Virus record (IMG/VR): IMGVR_UViG_3300027246_000005
Location: 1 to 52,270 of that record
DNA from: a virus
Lineage: Duplodnaviria; Caudoviricetes
Direction: 5' to 3' (one strand)
Length of the DNA stretch: 52,270 bases
The notes beneath the pieces were generated by a model, which did no database searches, was not told the origin of the DNA, and worked only from the letters and a program-made list of their open reading frames with translations. Shown one piece after another: positions 9,934 through 19,922 of the stretch; the stretch's first letter is position 1; each line of letters opens with the position of its first letter. The position numbers and the translations under genes are program-made.

Positions 9934-10638
9934 TTATTTACCTTCTTGCTGATATGGCTTATGTACTGGAGCCCATGGTTTAACAGGAGGTCCACTTGGA
10001 CCGGTAGGAGTAGGATGTGTATGCGAATTATATTCAGACTTAAATGATTCTAAGAATTTTTCTAATGATTTACCCCTAACTGCAGGTTCTTTAGTATCTT
10101 CTGATGCCTCTCCAGTATTTGACAAATAAACATTACCAGCATCTAAAAAGATTTTAGTATCTGTGCTGATTTTGATATTGTTCTTCTCATCGATTTGTAT
10201 TAGGGGTCTCTCCTTGGCACCCTTACCTTTTGTGATAATTATACCATCTTTAGGAGAATGATAGATTCTGATGCCACGTACTTCATCGTAGACTAATGAG
10301 ATAGTTTGTTGTGCTTCATCTTCTGACAAGGCATCTAAAACCTCTGATTTTAAAATTTTACGTTGATTGACCTGATAGAAATATTCAGGATGGTATAAGT
10401 TACCATTATCAAAACGAACAGAAACAACGTCATCAACATTTGGAATTGCATGAGCACCTACAGTGCCTCTGTTTCCGCAAGCAGCCCAAGGAATATCAGC
10501 AGGTGGTACATTATCGAATTTACCAAAGACAAGAACTTTACATCTTCCATTTTTTAATGGGTCTTTGTTATCAACAACTTTACCGAGCCAATGGGTATCC
10601 CTAATGTTATCATTTCCTATTTCGTCGATTGTTGCCAT
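9934..10638 (-). CDS. Baseplate central spike (gp5/VgrG/gpV-like OB-fold)
   Basis: GKVVDNKDPLKNGRCKVLVFG...DIPWA OB-fold motif and C-terminal HTHPTPTGPSGPP metal-binding tip motif; no lysozyme domain. Confidence 0.85.
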   Translation of the reverse strand: MATIDEIGNDNIRDTHWLGKVVDNKDPLKNGRCKVLVFGKFDNVPPADIPWAACGNRGTVGAHAIPNVDDVVSVRFDNGNLYHPEYFYQVNQRKILKSEVLDALSEDEAQQTISLVYDEVRGIRIYHSPKDGIIITKGKGAKERPLIQIDEKNNIKISTDTKIFLDAGNVYLSNTGEASEDTKEPAVRGKSLEKFLESFKSEYNSHTHPTPTGPSGPPVKPWAPVHKPYQQEGK

Positions 10639-10641
10639 GTA

Positions 10642-11946
10642 TTATCTTTTATATACGTTTCCTATATTAATCAAAGCGTCTCGATTTGCTTTATTTAAGA
10701 CGTCAACTAAAGGAGTTCCATTTAGAAAATGAACGTTCCTACCAACAGTACTTTCTATTGCAGCAGATATTTTTTTAATATCAGTTGCGGCATCTAATGC
10801 TCTTATAGCCTTTCCGTAAATATTTTCTAATGTTGGAATTCTACGATTAACTAGTCTACGTGCTTCAATTTCAGCCTCTTCGGCTTTAAACTTAGCCATT
10901 CTAGTTAAATCTTCAGTTGCTCTTTTACCAGTTTCTTTTAGTTTATCTTTAGCTTTATTCTTAAGGTTTTTCATTCCCTTAGCTAAATTCTGCTTCATCG
11001 ATAATTTTTGAGCCTGCGCTGGATCAGCTGCGCTCATACCAGCTTCTAGTTCTGCTATTTCCTTAGCAGTATCTGGATCTAAACCAGCTTCTGGATCCAT
11101 TTGCCTTCTATCAAGATCGTTGTACTTATTTTCTAGTTCAAGGACTGGAACAATAGTTTCTTTTTCAGCAACTATATTTTGTGTTGCATCTTTCTTTGAA
11201 ATATCTTTAGATTGAAATATTGCACCGTTAAGGGCTCTTGCATCAACTCGATATACTCTATTGTAGTTAATTATAATCTCATTTGTTGCTGCTTCTGGAG
11301 CTGCTGCTGATAAATCAGCTAGTGCCTTATTACCGCTAATCATATCGAATTCGCAAAATCTAAGTTCAAACATAAAGAAAGGTCTTAAGTTTTCTCCGGT
11401 TAATACACCGGCAGCTGAATTATCATATAAACCTCTAACATCTGAAATAAACAAATACATTGTAAATTTTCTTAAATTAGGAGGTAGAATATAACGCCAA
11501 TTAGATTCATCCCATACGGCTTTACGATATAATTGCATTAGACCTGAGATATTTAAATTAATAGTCTCTAAACAACCGATAGTTAACTTAGCATCGTCAC
11601 CTCCAAAGAAAGGATTTTCAGGAGTAAATTGAACCATTCTTTCAACTCCAGCAAGAGATTGCCAATGCCACGGCATTTCAGAATTAATTTTATATAAAGC
11701 CTCTTTAAAGGCTAATAAAGAATCTAATTTATGTTGATACTTTGCAGGATTTTGATTAACTAAATGTTTTTTCATAAAACCAGCAGCCTCTCCATTAAAT
11801 AGTGGAGAAGTTAGTTGCATATCAAATAATAGTGTAAATGAAAGATATGTAGGATCTTGATATGCAGACATGTCAGTACCCGTAATGTCTCCTTTTTTAA
11901 AGAGACCTGATTTTCTAAACGATGGTAAATCTATGAATGCTGACAT
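10642..11946 (-). CDS. Hypothetical baseplate/tail-tube-associated protein
   Basis: 434 aa ORF between the hub and spike genes; function inferred from position only. Confidence 0.5.
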   Translation of the reverse strand: MSAFIDLPSFRKSGLFKKGDITGTDMSAYQDPTYLSFTLLFDMQLTSPLFNGEAAGFMKKHLVNQNPAKYQHKLDSLLAFKEALYKINSEMPWHWQSLAGVERMVQFTPENPFFGGDDAKLTIGCLETINLNISGLMQLYRKAVWDESNWRYILPPNLRKFTMYLFISDVRGLYDNSAAGVLTGENLRPFFMFELRFCEFDMISGNKALADLSAAAPEAATNEIIINYNRVYRVDARALNGAIFQSKDISKKDATQNIVAEKETIVPVLELENKYNDLDRRQMDPEAGLDPDTAKEIAELEAGMSAADPAQAQKLSMKQNLAKGMKNLKNKAKDKLKETGKRATEDLTRMAKFKAEEAEIEARRLVNRRIPTLENIYGKAIRALDAATDIKKISAAIESTVGRNVHFLNGTPLVDVLNKANRDALINIGNVYKR

Positions 11947-11969
11947 GTGTTATATATTGTTTTTAAAAA

Positions 11970-13502
11970 TTAGTTTATTGTGTTAAGCTTACTAGGCCAT
12001 TCTCTTCTTAAAAGAGTTATTTTCTGTTGGATTCCTGCGCCGGTATCAGAATCATACATATATTTAATATCTTCTACAACATAATATCCAGTGTGAAATT
12101 CATCCATTGCTATCTTACCTTCACTTTCAGCTTCAAAATCTTCTCCATATTCTTCACCAACTGTTGCAAACCCTTTTTCTTTTTTCTTTTCTTTCAATGA
12201 TTTTAATCTAGCAACTTCAGTATCATTATAGGCTACAACAAAAACAGGAATCTTCATATACATGTAGATACTTGGATTAATCTGATCTAGAGTTACTTCC
12301 ATTTTAATTTTGGTAGACTCATTATAATTCATTTTATTTTGAATCGCTGCATAATAATGGTGAATACTCATATTGCCATGAGTTTTATCAGCATCAATCC
12401 TACCTACATATTTCTGTTTAACTTCGTCTTCAAATCTAGTATCGTCTTCTTTTCCTCCACCATCTTTTCTACGACCTCTTAGAGGTTCTTCAATGTCAGA
12501 CATTTTTTTACTAGCCATCGATTCAATATCAAAAGAAACTAGACCCTCATCACTATCGTTTTCAAAATATTGCATTTTGATTTTATAACCCATCCGTGCT
12601 GTTTTTTCACCAGACTCGTTAATTACTTTAAATGATTCAAAGAATTTCGGACTAGCTTGATATTCAGGATGATTTGTAATTAACAAAGGACCTTTAATTA
12701 CGTTAGCGCTATCGTCATCACCCGGATTCTTATTAAAATCCTCTTGTAACTTTGAAAAGTAGCTTAATTCTAAATCATTTTTAGAATTAAAAACTTTATT
12801 TAGATCAACGTAATTCAAATGGTAATATGGATCAACTCTACATACAACAAAGCTCTCATCATCGATATAACCATGCTTTACAATATCTTCTATAAATTTT
12901 GCCTTTGAAATGTATGGGCAAAATCTTGACATTTCATCATCTGTCTTGTCAATGTTAGTAGCAAATCCTAATTTTAATTCAGTTGCAATTTCTTCTAAAT
13001 GATCTAATGAAGTTTTCTTACCATAACCTTTAGATTCTTCAGCATAAAGTTTTGGTATTTTTAATCTTCCAGATATTCTGTATTCTCCTCCTGGTAATGA
13101 TTGCGGATTTTGACCACCCTCGGGTGCAGCATTTGCACTACAATTAATAATATCAAAATCCATTCTAATATCTTTAAAGACATCAGTTTGTCTAGAAGCT
13201 AGCCTAACACTTACAACATCACCATCTCTTGGAATAGAATCTCCTTTAAAATAGTTATTAGTGTCCATAAATGTAAGATATACTTCAGGAATAAATCCTG
13301 ACATATCTATTGAAAGAGTGTTAATGTCAAATTGTTGTAAATCAATTTCATTAATTCTAATAGCAGGTGTAATTCCACCATTTTCCTTAGATATTTTAAT
13401 TCCACCTGGTTCTTCTTCTTTTCCAGAATCATAAACCATCGGATCCAATTTTAAAGTTGGTTCAGTAATTACGAGTATATGTCTATCTAAATCACTTGCC
13501 AT
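11970..13502 (-). CDS. Probable baseplate hub protein (gp27-like)
   Basis: 510 aa; C-terminal TGYYVVEDIKYMY...QKITLLRREW resembles hub proteins; lies between gp53-like and gp5-like genes. Confidence 0.55.
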   Translation of the reverse strand: MASDLDRHILVITEPTLKLDPMVYDSGKEEEPGGIKISKENGGITPAIRINEIDLQQFDINTLSIDMSGFIPEVYLTFMDTNNYFKGDSIPRDGDVVSVRLASRQTDVFKDIRMDFDIINCSANAAPEGGQNPQSLPGGEYRISGRLKIPKLYAEESKGYGKKTSLDHLEEIATELKLGFATNIDKTDDEMSRFCPYISKAKFIEDIVKHGYIDDESFVVCRVDPYYHLNYVDLNKVFNSKNDLELSYFSKLQEDFNKNPGDDDSANVIKGPLLITNHPEYQASPKFFESFKVINESGEKTARMGYKIKMQYFENDSDEGLVSFDIESMASKKMSDIEEPLRGRRKDGGGKEDDTRFEDEVKQKYVGRIDADKTHGNMSIHHYYAAIQNKMNYNESTKIKMEVTLDQINPSIYMYMKIPVFVVAYNDTEVARLKSLKEKKKEKGFATVGEEYGEDFEAESEGKIAMDEFHTGYYVVEDIKYMYDSDTGAGIQQKITLLRREWPSKLNTIN

Positions 13503-14104
13503 TAAGCGTCTTTATTTGTATTGTTAATTGTATTAATCTTTTGTATTTCTCCTGGAAAAGCCTTGTTAGAAGTCAACAGAGCAGTGGTTCTATCCGCCGA
13601 AGAAGGTAAGGCAGCACCAACTATTAATTTTCCGTTTTCAATAATGACGTTTTTTTGATCTGTTTGTAAAACATTAGGAGGTAGGATTTCTTTAGCACCG
13701 TTAGGTTTTAACGCAGCTTTTCTCTTAAGATAATCTAATCTATTCTGATCTTGTATAGGAAGTCTTTTAGTTTCAACAAACCTGTCTCTGACAACATTTG
13801 ATTCTGACATTCCGATCCCTGGTTTTTTAAATGTTTTTTGTAAAACATCCATCGGTGGAATATAGAGAATATCTCCTTCAGCTATTGAAAATGGATTTGA
13901 AATACCATTAAATTTTAAAAGCTGATCGACATAATCAGCAGAATTATAAACATTTAATGAAATAAGATCGATTCTTCCGGCATAATATTCTTCCACGTTA
14001 AAAACGCGCGATATTTGTATATAATCTGGGAATAATAATGTTGGTTCAGTCATGATGATTTTATCATCAATCTCTGAAATTTTCTTGTTTTTTAATGTTT
14101 TCAT
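13502..14104 (-). CDS. Baseplate wedge gp53-like / LysM-like protein
   Basis: GRIDLISLNVYNSADYVDQLLKFNGISNPFSIAEGDILYIP is the LysM-like gp53/tail-X motif. Confidence 0.75.
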   Translation of the reverse strand: MKTLKNKKISEIDDKIIMTEPTLLFPDYIQISRVFNVEEYYAGRIDLISLNVYNSADYVDQLLKFNGISNPFSIAEGDILYIPPMDVLQKTFKKPGIGMSESNVVRDRFVETKRLPIQDQNRLDYLKRKAALKPNGAKEILPPNVLQTDQKNVIIENGKLIVGAALPSSADRTTALLTSNKAFPGEIQKINTINNTNKDA

Positions 14105-16026
14105 TAGTCAGCTGCAAATTTTCTGAACGCGTTATCGATTTCTCCAGCAGGATTTCCTTCACCATTAAGGTTAACTGCAGATGAAGTTTTTTCGCCATAT
14201 CCCGATACGTCTCTTGTTTTATTAATATTAACACCATCGTGTGGTTTAAGATAGAATCTACCTCTTCCGGCATTAAACATACTTTCAATGTCGGTTTTAT
14301 CTCTTGGTCTTCCAGGTTTTAGGGTGATTTCTACTTCCATTTCTTCTGGAAAATCTTGAACACTATTACCACCTTTAAAAGATACTTTAGTTCCAGTGCA
14401 ACATAAGTTACCCATAACCATCATAGGATTTAAAGGATTTCCAACCGTTATGTGCCATTGTCCAGTGGCGTCTCCTGTTAATAGCGCGTTTGCTACCATA
14501 GGAGCTTGGGGCGAATTAAATAAATCTTGTAACGCACCACCTATTAAGTTTTTTGCTAGGTTAGATCCGCCTAACCCGTTTTTCTTAATGTCATCAACTA
14601 TATTCGTTGCCATTCCTTGCAAGTCTGTCATTACCGATTTTAAAAATCCTCCGTAATTTCCTGCTTGTAATAATGCTGCATTACCAAACGGTTTACCAAC
14701 TGAACCACTACCTAAATATCTAACTTCTCCTCCCCAGAACGGAGCAGTAGAATAAGTTAGAGCTAAAATGTTTGCTAATTGATCCATAAACAAGACTTTT
14801 GGGTTTGCACCAAATAGTCCTTTCATTTCATAATGAAATTTAATAGTAAACTCTTTTTCAAATTTTAATCCGTCCGGACCTCTAGTTAACATAGTAGTAA
14901 TCTTATTATAAGGTCCAAATATATGATTTGGATATGTACCTTTTAATGGATCAAAGCCTGAACCGGCTGCTTCTACTCCTCTTGAATTACCAATACCTTG
15001 ACCTGCAGAGGTAAATGCTTTACCTACCGCAGTACTTAATAATCCTCTACCAAAAGATCCACCAGAATCATTACTATTATTTGAAGTAACCTCTTGAACA
15101 TCTGCCTTTTGTTCAGCCCAATCATAACTATAATTTAGTGAAAGTATTTCATTTAAAGAGTTTCCGGTAGCTTCTGACATCCAAGTTACCGCTCTTGCTA
15201 TATCTGGACTTTTCGTTTCGTTAAGTTTTCCATCTGATCCAATTGTAGCTGGTGTAATAATATCATCCTCTACTGGAAATGGAAATCTTCTAAGAGTAAT
15301 CAAATAATTGTTTGGTATTTTACCTAGATATTTACACATTGCAAAATCAGCATAATCATACTGATAACCTAAATTACCTTTTACTTCCTTCGAACGTTCA
15401 ATAATATTAGTAATAGTAGGTTCAATTATAGTAGTTATATCGATTAGATTATATTCTCCTTCATTTAACGCGGCTTTTGCCCGGATTCCAGTCAATGGAG
15501 TACCTCGATATTTCATTAAAGTGTATCTGTTAAATGAAGAGTATGGTAGTTTACCTTCTGATATTTCTGGTCCATCTGGACCTTTTTCAGACTTTACAAG
15601 TACTTTCTTTCCAGTTTTTTTATCCTTTTCAAAAGTCTCTTTAGAGTCTCCAGGTGGTTTAAACTTATATGACTCTACTGAATTATTAGTATACATCTTA
15701 TTATCCCCAGGAATTCCAAAACCGTCTTCTACTAATTTTTTATCAAAATTAAATGGATTGTTTTCGGTATTTGCAAAGTTCGAACTCTTACCAAAGTTTG
15801 TAATTGGCTCAATAGGACTAGTTGTATTCTCTGATTTTAAAACATCAGCTGGCAAATCGTTAGATCCATAGGTTGTTTTTGTCGCATCTTTACTGTCAAC
15901 AATTGTATGTTTTCTTTTTACCGCACCCGCTGGCTTCGAAGCCTTTTTAGGATCTTTTCCAATATTATATGCTCTCTCATACGTATCCTGCGCGGTTTTA
16001 ATAAGTGAATCTACTATTTTAGGCAT
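14104..16026 (-). CDS. Hypothetical structural protein (possible tail tube-baseplate junction protein)
   Basis: 640 aa ORF heading the baseplate operon; Gly-rich middle region; function inferred from context. Confidence 0.5.
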   Translation of the reverse strand: MPKIVDSLIKTAQDTYERAYNIGKDPKKASKPAGAVKRKHTIVDSKDATKTTYGSNDLPADVLKSENTTSPIEPITNFGKSSNFANTENNPFNFDKKLVEDGFGIPGDNKMYTNNSVESYKFKPPGDSKETFEKDKKTGKKVLVKSEKGPDGPEISEGKLPYSSFNRYTLMKYRGTPLTGIRAKAALNEGEYNLIDITTIIEPTITNIIERSKEVKGNLGYQYDYADFAMCKYLGKIPNNYLITLRRFPFPVEDDIITPATIGSDGKLNETKSPDIARAVTWMSEATGNSLNEILSLNYSYDWAEQKADVQEVTSNNSNDSGGSFGRGLLSTAVGKAFTSAGQGIGNSRGVEAAGSGFDPLKGTYPNHIFGPYNKITTMLTRGPDGLKFEKEFTIKFHYEMKGLFGANPKVLFMDQLANILALTYSTAPFWGGEVRYLGSGSVGKPFGNAALLQAGNYGGFLKSVMTDLQGMATNIVDDIKKNGLGGSNLAKNLIGGALQDLFNSPQAPMVANALLTGDATGQWHITVGNPLNPMMVMGNLCCTGTKVSFKGGNSVQDFPEEMEVEITLKPGRPRDKTDIESMFNAGRGRFYLKPHDGVNINKTRDVSGYGEKTSSAVNLNGEGNPAGEIDNAFRKFAAD

Positions 16027-16099
16027 TAAATTCCATCTTTTTTTAATAGGCAGTATCTACCTATCTTATATATTCATAATACACGAACATACTCTTTCT

Positions 16100-16837
16100 C
16101 TAATAATCCCAGAGCTCGGAATAATGGCATCTAATATATGATGGTATATTTATCTGGATTCCAACTTTGTACTTTTTTCTGAATCGCGTATTAAAATCAA
16201 TATCTTCGCTGGTTTCTGTGGTATCTCTCCATTTAATATCATCGACATTTTTATGGATAAAAAGCCATGGAGCCATAGTCAGCATTCCAGGTTTCATCGC
16301 ACTAATAACCCATTCGCTATCAAGACCTTTGATTTTATATAATTCATGGTGGTTTGTCGCATACATTGAAGGGGTTTCAGGCCAAGTAGCAATTACATTA
16401 TCATACCATGATGCATTTGTATAAAAATCTAGATTTGGCGTTTTATTAAATTCCTGTACTATTAATTGACAATGATTCGAGAGTAGGAAATCATCAGAGT
16501 CCATGTAAGTTATTAAGTCTCCGCCGGCTAGGGTAATTCCAACTTGTCTAGGAACTCCGCGGTAATATTTTTTACCATCAACAAGTTCATACATATTTGG
16601 AATTCCTTTTTTATCGACGAATGCGTATTTGATTTTAGGGTCAGATTGAAATAGTTCCATATAGGTTTTATGAACTATCTCACATCCGTCGCTGACAATA
16701 ATCAATTCTATATTTTCATAGGTTTGATTCTTGAAACTAGAAACTGCCCTTATGAATTTATCAACTGAATTTATTCGTGATCCAGGATAGTCTCCTAGAT
16801 ATGCCTGCATAATAATAGAAATCTTTGGTTGTAACAT
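16100..16837 (-). CDS. Glycosyltransferase family 2
   Basis: ISIIM...ELIIVSDG...ITYMDSDD (DxD)...SEDIDF, a GT-A fold pattern. Confidence 0.85.
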   Translation of the reverse strand: MLQPKISIIMQAYLGDYPGSRINSVDKFIRAVSSFKNQTYENIELIIVSDGCEIVHKTYMELFQSDPKIKYAFVDKKGIPNMYELVDGKKYYRGVPRQVGITLAGGDLITYMDSDDFLLSNHCQLIVQEFNKTPNLDFYTNASWYDNVIATWPETPSMYATNHHELYKIKGLDSEWVISAMKPGMLTMAPWLFIHKNVDDIKWRDTTETSEDIDFNTRFRKKYKVGIQINIPSYIRCHYSELWDY

Positions 16838-17430
16838 TATCCCTTGTCTATTTTATCTAATTCTACCGAATCAGGTCTATATAATAATTTATCAAAATAA
16901 TTCTTTTGATCGGGAAGACGTTCGCCTAAGAACTTGCCAAGTGCTATCGTGAACTCATCCTTGACATGATAGTAATATTGTCCCTTTGAATATGATGATC
17001 TGTTGGTCATCTCGTATAACTCCTTTAAATGTTTTTCAACAAAGAAGTCATGTAAGTTTATAAATAGCTCGTTTAGTTCGATCTTGGTTCTGACACAAAA
17101 GATAGAGTCGACCATAAACATGTAACTCTCCCATTTTTCAGAAAATACTCTCTCCAGATCTTCAATCTTGGAGTATTCTTTTCTACTTAAATTAATTTTA
17201 GTTTGTTTTCCGTCAAAGCCTCCATCGAATGTTAGGCCAAAGAAATATCGTTTAAGAAAATCGATATCATCGAACATTTTGTCGATCTTGAGCATGTACT
17301 TTGGCATGTTCTCATCGAACTTGACATCGTAGATTACTGCTCTTACTGGAAATAGAATATTTGGAAATCTTTTATTAGAAAGCAGAGCATGGATTTTATC
17401 ACCTTTGGTAAATAATTTATGCTTTATCAT
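16837..17430 (-). CDS. Hypothetical protein
   Basis: 197 aa ORF, coupled to neighbours. Confidence 0.65.
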   Translation of the reverse strand: MIKHKLFTKGDKIHALLSNKRFPNILFPVRAVIYDVKFDENMPKYMLKIDKMFDDIDFLKRYFFGLTFDGGFDGKQTKINLSRKEYSKIEDLERVFSEKWESYMFMVDSIFCVRTKIELNELFINLHDFFVEKHLKELYEMTNRSSYSKGQYYYHVKDEFTIALGKFLGERLPDQKNYFDKLLYRPDSVELDKIDKG

Positions 17431-17821
17431 TTATTAAGTATTCAATGTTATCGAATTGAGTTAATATGTCGTCTTCGATTTCTTTAGTTTCTGATAGGAC
17501 TATTAAATTAAATTCAAAGTCTCTATAATAGAAATCAGTAACGATCTCCTTGAGATTTGAGACTGTTACTGGTTCTAAGTTTTTAAATAGGTATAATATT
17601 CTTTGATCTGTGTGAAAGATTAGTGCTGCTTCTAAAGTTTTAAAAATATGAAGGCCAACGACCGACGGGTTCGGTTCCTCTCCATAAGGACAAGATTTTG
17701 CTAATTTGCTTGAAATAGCATAGTGGTCAATTATTGTATTATATTCAATTTCTATTCCCTTTGTGAAACGAACATAATCTCTTCGTTGATCTGACCAAAC
17801 GCAGTCGATTATTAAACTCAT
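17417..17821 (-). CDS. Hypothetical protein
   Basis: 134 aa ORF, ATGA overlap with the upstream gene. Confidence 0.65.
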   Translation of the reverse strand: MSLIIDCVWSDQRRDYVRFTKGIEIEYNTIIDHYAISSKLAKSCPYGEEPNPSVVGLHIFKTLEAALIFHTDQRILYLFKNLEPVTVSNLKEIVTDFYYRDFEFNLIVLSETKEIEDDILTQFDNIEYLINDKA

Positions 17822-18144
17822 GATTTTTTAAGAAGGGATTCGAGCGTTTTAATTCTTTTCTGAAAAGAATTAATTTTGGCTTCGATTTCAGCCAAGGTAG
17901 GCTGATAATGGTCTCCCCAATCCTTTATTATTTTTATTTGATCCGAATCCTTGGTACTTCCAAATTCTAAACCGCAATCTTCAGAAATCTCATATAGAAA
18001 TTTAATCTTATTTTCGCTAGCATTATCGGATTCGAAATCATAAACAACAACTGAACTATATCCTTCACCAGCAGCGTTGGCATTATCCTCTTCCACGCTT
18101 TTTATAACGCCGTTATCGGCTAATTGTACGGTGATGACTTGCAT
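17818..18144 (-). CDS. Hypothetical protein with C-terminal coiled coil
   Basis: 108 aa ORF in a co-directional run. Confidence 0.65.
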   Translation of the reverse strand: MQVITVQLADNGVIKSVEEDNANAAGEGYSSVVVYDFESDNASENKIKFLYEISEDCGLEFGSTKDSDQIKIIKDWGDHYQPTLAEIEAKINSFQKRIKTLESLLKKS

Positions 18145-18153
18145 AAATAGTTG

Positions 18154-18537
18154 TTATTTGTTTCTAGCTAATCTTAATTGACTAGCTTTTGCACTAAGCT
18201 CTCTTGATTTTTTCTTATCTTCGCGATAAGTTTCTTTATTCTTTACTGCCATTAATGACCAAGATTCCTCTAATAAAAGAATTTCTTCAGCATTGTAGCC
18301 AAGTTCAGCCCATAATTCTTTTTGACGATCTAGAATAATTTGAAGTTGATTCTCCATTTGATCCATCGCGTTTTTGGTGTTTTGTTCATGGATCATTTCA
18401 CCATCTTTAGCACATTTGTCGTACCATGCTCTAGCTTGAGGTGATCCGAATCCAAACATGTTTTTTACTTTTAAATAACCGGCACGCTTGTACATGTCAC
18501 GGCGTTGTCTTCTGTTGGGTGTTTCGTTATTAGTCAT
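18154..18537 (-). CDS. Hypothetical protein
   Basis: 127 aa ORF with basic NRRQRR N-terminus. Confidence 0.65.
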   Translation of the reverse strand: MTNNETPNRRQRRDMYKRAGYLKVKNMFGFGSPQARAWYDKCAKDGEMIHEQNTKNAMDQMENQLQIILDRQKELWAELGYNAEEILLLEESWSLMAVKNKETYREDKKKSRELSAKASQLRLARNK

Positions 18538-19078
18538 TATAATAATTGTTTAAAAATTTTAGTACTTCTTGGTTAATATAGTTTTGAAGTTTATCTATCT
18601 GTATTTGAGAGGTCACTACCGTAGAAATAGTATTTAGCATCTCTTCTTTAGTCTCATCTCCGTTTTCTAATAACATTGAGAAAACTTCATGTTTTGGTAG
18701 ATTAATATTTAACTTAATATCTACCGTTTCAATATTCTTTGAAGATAGTTTGATAATTAATTTTTCTAATGGAGAAGTTTCAACCTGTTTTACAATCGGT
18801 TGAATTGATACTGGTTTAGTAGGTTCGATTATCGGTTGTGGAGAAGAACCTAACATTATTTCGTTTGCTGGTGGAAATGGAAGATTGTTAATATCGTGTA
18901 CAACTTCCATGAATTCATTTCTAAGATTTTTAAAGATCCTTGATCCGTCTTTAAAGATAAAAAAGTCATTATCTTCTGACTCAACTTCTACAACCTTACC
19001 AAAATCGTCGCCCTTTTTCCATTGAAATCTTTTAACCTCTGGAATCTTAGTTTCTTTTTCTATAACTTCTGTGCTCAT
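18530..19078 (-). CDS. Hypothetical protein (start probably MSTEV at 19078)
   Basis: ORF track gives 18530..19147; the internal ATG preceded by an A-rich leader avoids overlap with 19110..19322. Confidence 0.6.
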   Translation of the reverse strand: MSTEVIEKETKIPEVKRFQWKKGDDFGKVVEVESEDNDFFIFKDGSRIFKNLRNEFMEVVHDINNLPFPPANEIMLGSSPQPIIEPTKPVSIQPIVKQVETSPLEKLIIKLSSKNIETVDIKLNINLPKHEVFSMLLENGDETKEEMLNTISTVVTSQIQIDKLQNYINQEVLKFLNNYYND

Positions 19079-19109
19079 TTCTTTTTTAGGATTAATTTTT
19101 ATTAATTTA

Positions 19110-19322
19110 CTAATCTTCGATAGTATTGAATTCTTTATCAGATTCATTGTATTTTTTCATGAATTTTTCTATAAATCTCTCTGATTGTTTTCCTTTTTCT
19201 GACCCCATCCAGCACTCAACTCTTTTAATATACATGTTGTAAAAGTAGTGAGAACCCTCGTTCTTCAGTTTATCTTCTAATATTGTCACATCCTCTGGAT
19301 AGTGTCTTATGTTAAATCCCAT
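19110..19322 (-). CDS. Hypothetical protein
   Basis: 70 aa ORF filling the gap downstream of the deaminase. Confidence 0.55.
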   Translation of the reverse strand: MGFNIRHYPEDVTILEDKLKNEGSHYFYNMYIKRVECWMGSEKGKQSERFIEKFMKKYNESDKEFNTIED

Positions 19323-19337
19323 ATTAATATAATATAT

Positions 19338-19853
19338 TTATTCGTTATTCCAAACTACGTCCTGGTAGACAGTAATTCCAGCTTTTGTCAGTAGATCGAC
19401 CCCGCTAGTATCTCTATAATCTTCGCAATAATGTACCTCAACTATTCCAGCCTGAATGATTAATTTAGAACAATCAAAACAAGGCATCGTCGTCGTATAA
19501 AGAGTAGTTCCAACTGAACTAATTGTTGATTTTGCTAATTTACTGATCGCATTGGATTCAGCATGTAGAACTTCTCTCTTAGTAACAAATCTATGGCAAG
19601 TACAACTATTATCATGTGGCATCGTCCAACCCATATCTTCTAACATCATAGCAGCATCTGGATTATCATAATGTCTCGTTTCAACTTCTTCGCATTCATT
19701 CTCAAATCCATGGGGAGTACCATTGTACCCAACACTAATGATTTGACCGTCTTTTACAATAATGCAGCCAACTTTTCTACGCTCAGCATAGCTCAGTTTC
19801 GCGATTTGGTAAGCGATCTGCATGTATATCTTATCTATTGGGATTCTAGGCAT
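19338..19853 (-). CDS. dCMP deaminase (ComEB-like)
   Basis: KVGCIIV...GYNG...HAESNAI...PCFDC zinc-deaminase motifs; start re-assigned to MPRIP at 19853, downstream of the hairpin. Confidence 0.92.
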   Translation of the reverse strand: MPRIPIDKIYMQIAYQIAKLSYAERRKVGCIIVKDGQIISVGYNGTPHGFENECEEVETRHYDNPDAAMMLEDMGWTMPHDNSCTCHRFVTKREVLHAESNAISKLAKSTISSVGTTLYTTTMPCFDCSKLIIQAGIVEVHYCEDYRDTSGVDLLTKAGITVYQDVVWNNE

Positions 19854-19865
19854 ATTAAATAAAAA

Positions 19866-19895
19866 ATGGATCTGAATAATTATATTCAGATCCAT
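19866..19895 (-). terminator. 13-bp perfect inverted repeat followed by a U-tract on the minus strand
   Basis: ATGGATCTGAATA / TATTCAGATCCAT; the A-run at 19861-19866 gives TTTTTT on the gene strand. Confidence 0.65.
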
Positions 19896-19905
19896 GATTT
19901 AGTTT
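19879..19905 (-). promoter_or_regulatory. Putative middle-class promoter AAAC-N17-TATAAT
   Basis: Exact spacing shared with five other sites; upstream of dCMP deaminase. Confidence 0.55.
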
Positions 19906-19922
19906 ATTTTAAATAGATTTTA

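Noticed and set aside
1-16026. Bacterial T6SS/eCIS locus or bacterial chromosome
   Set aside because: A neck protein, fibres, T4-like late motifs, dense single-strand hypothetical genes and scattered host-like genes out of operon context fit a large phage better.
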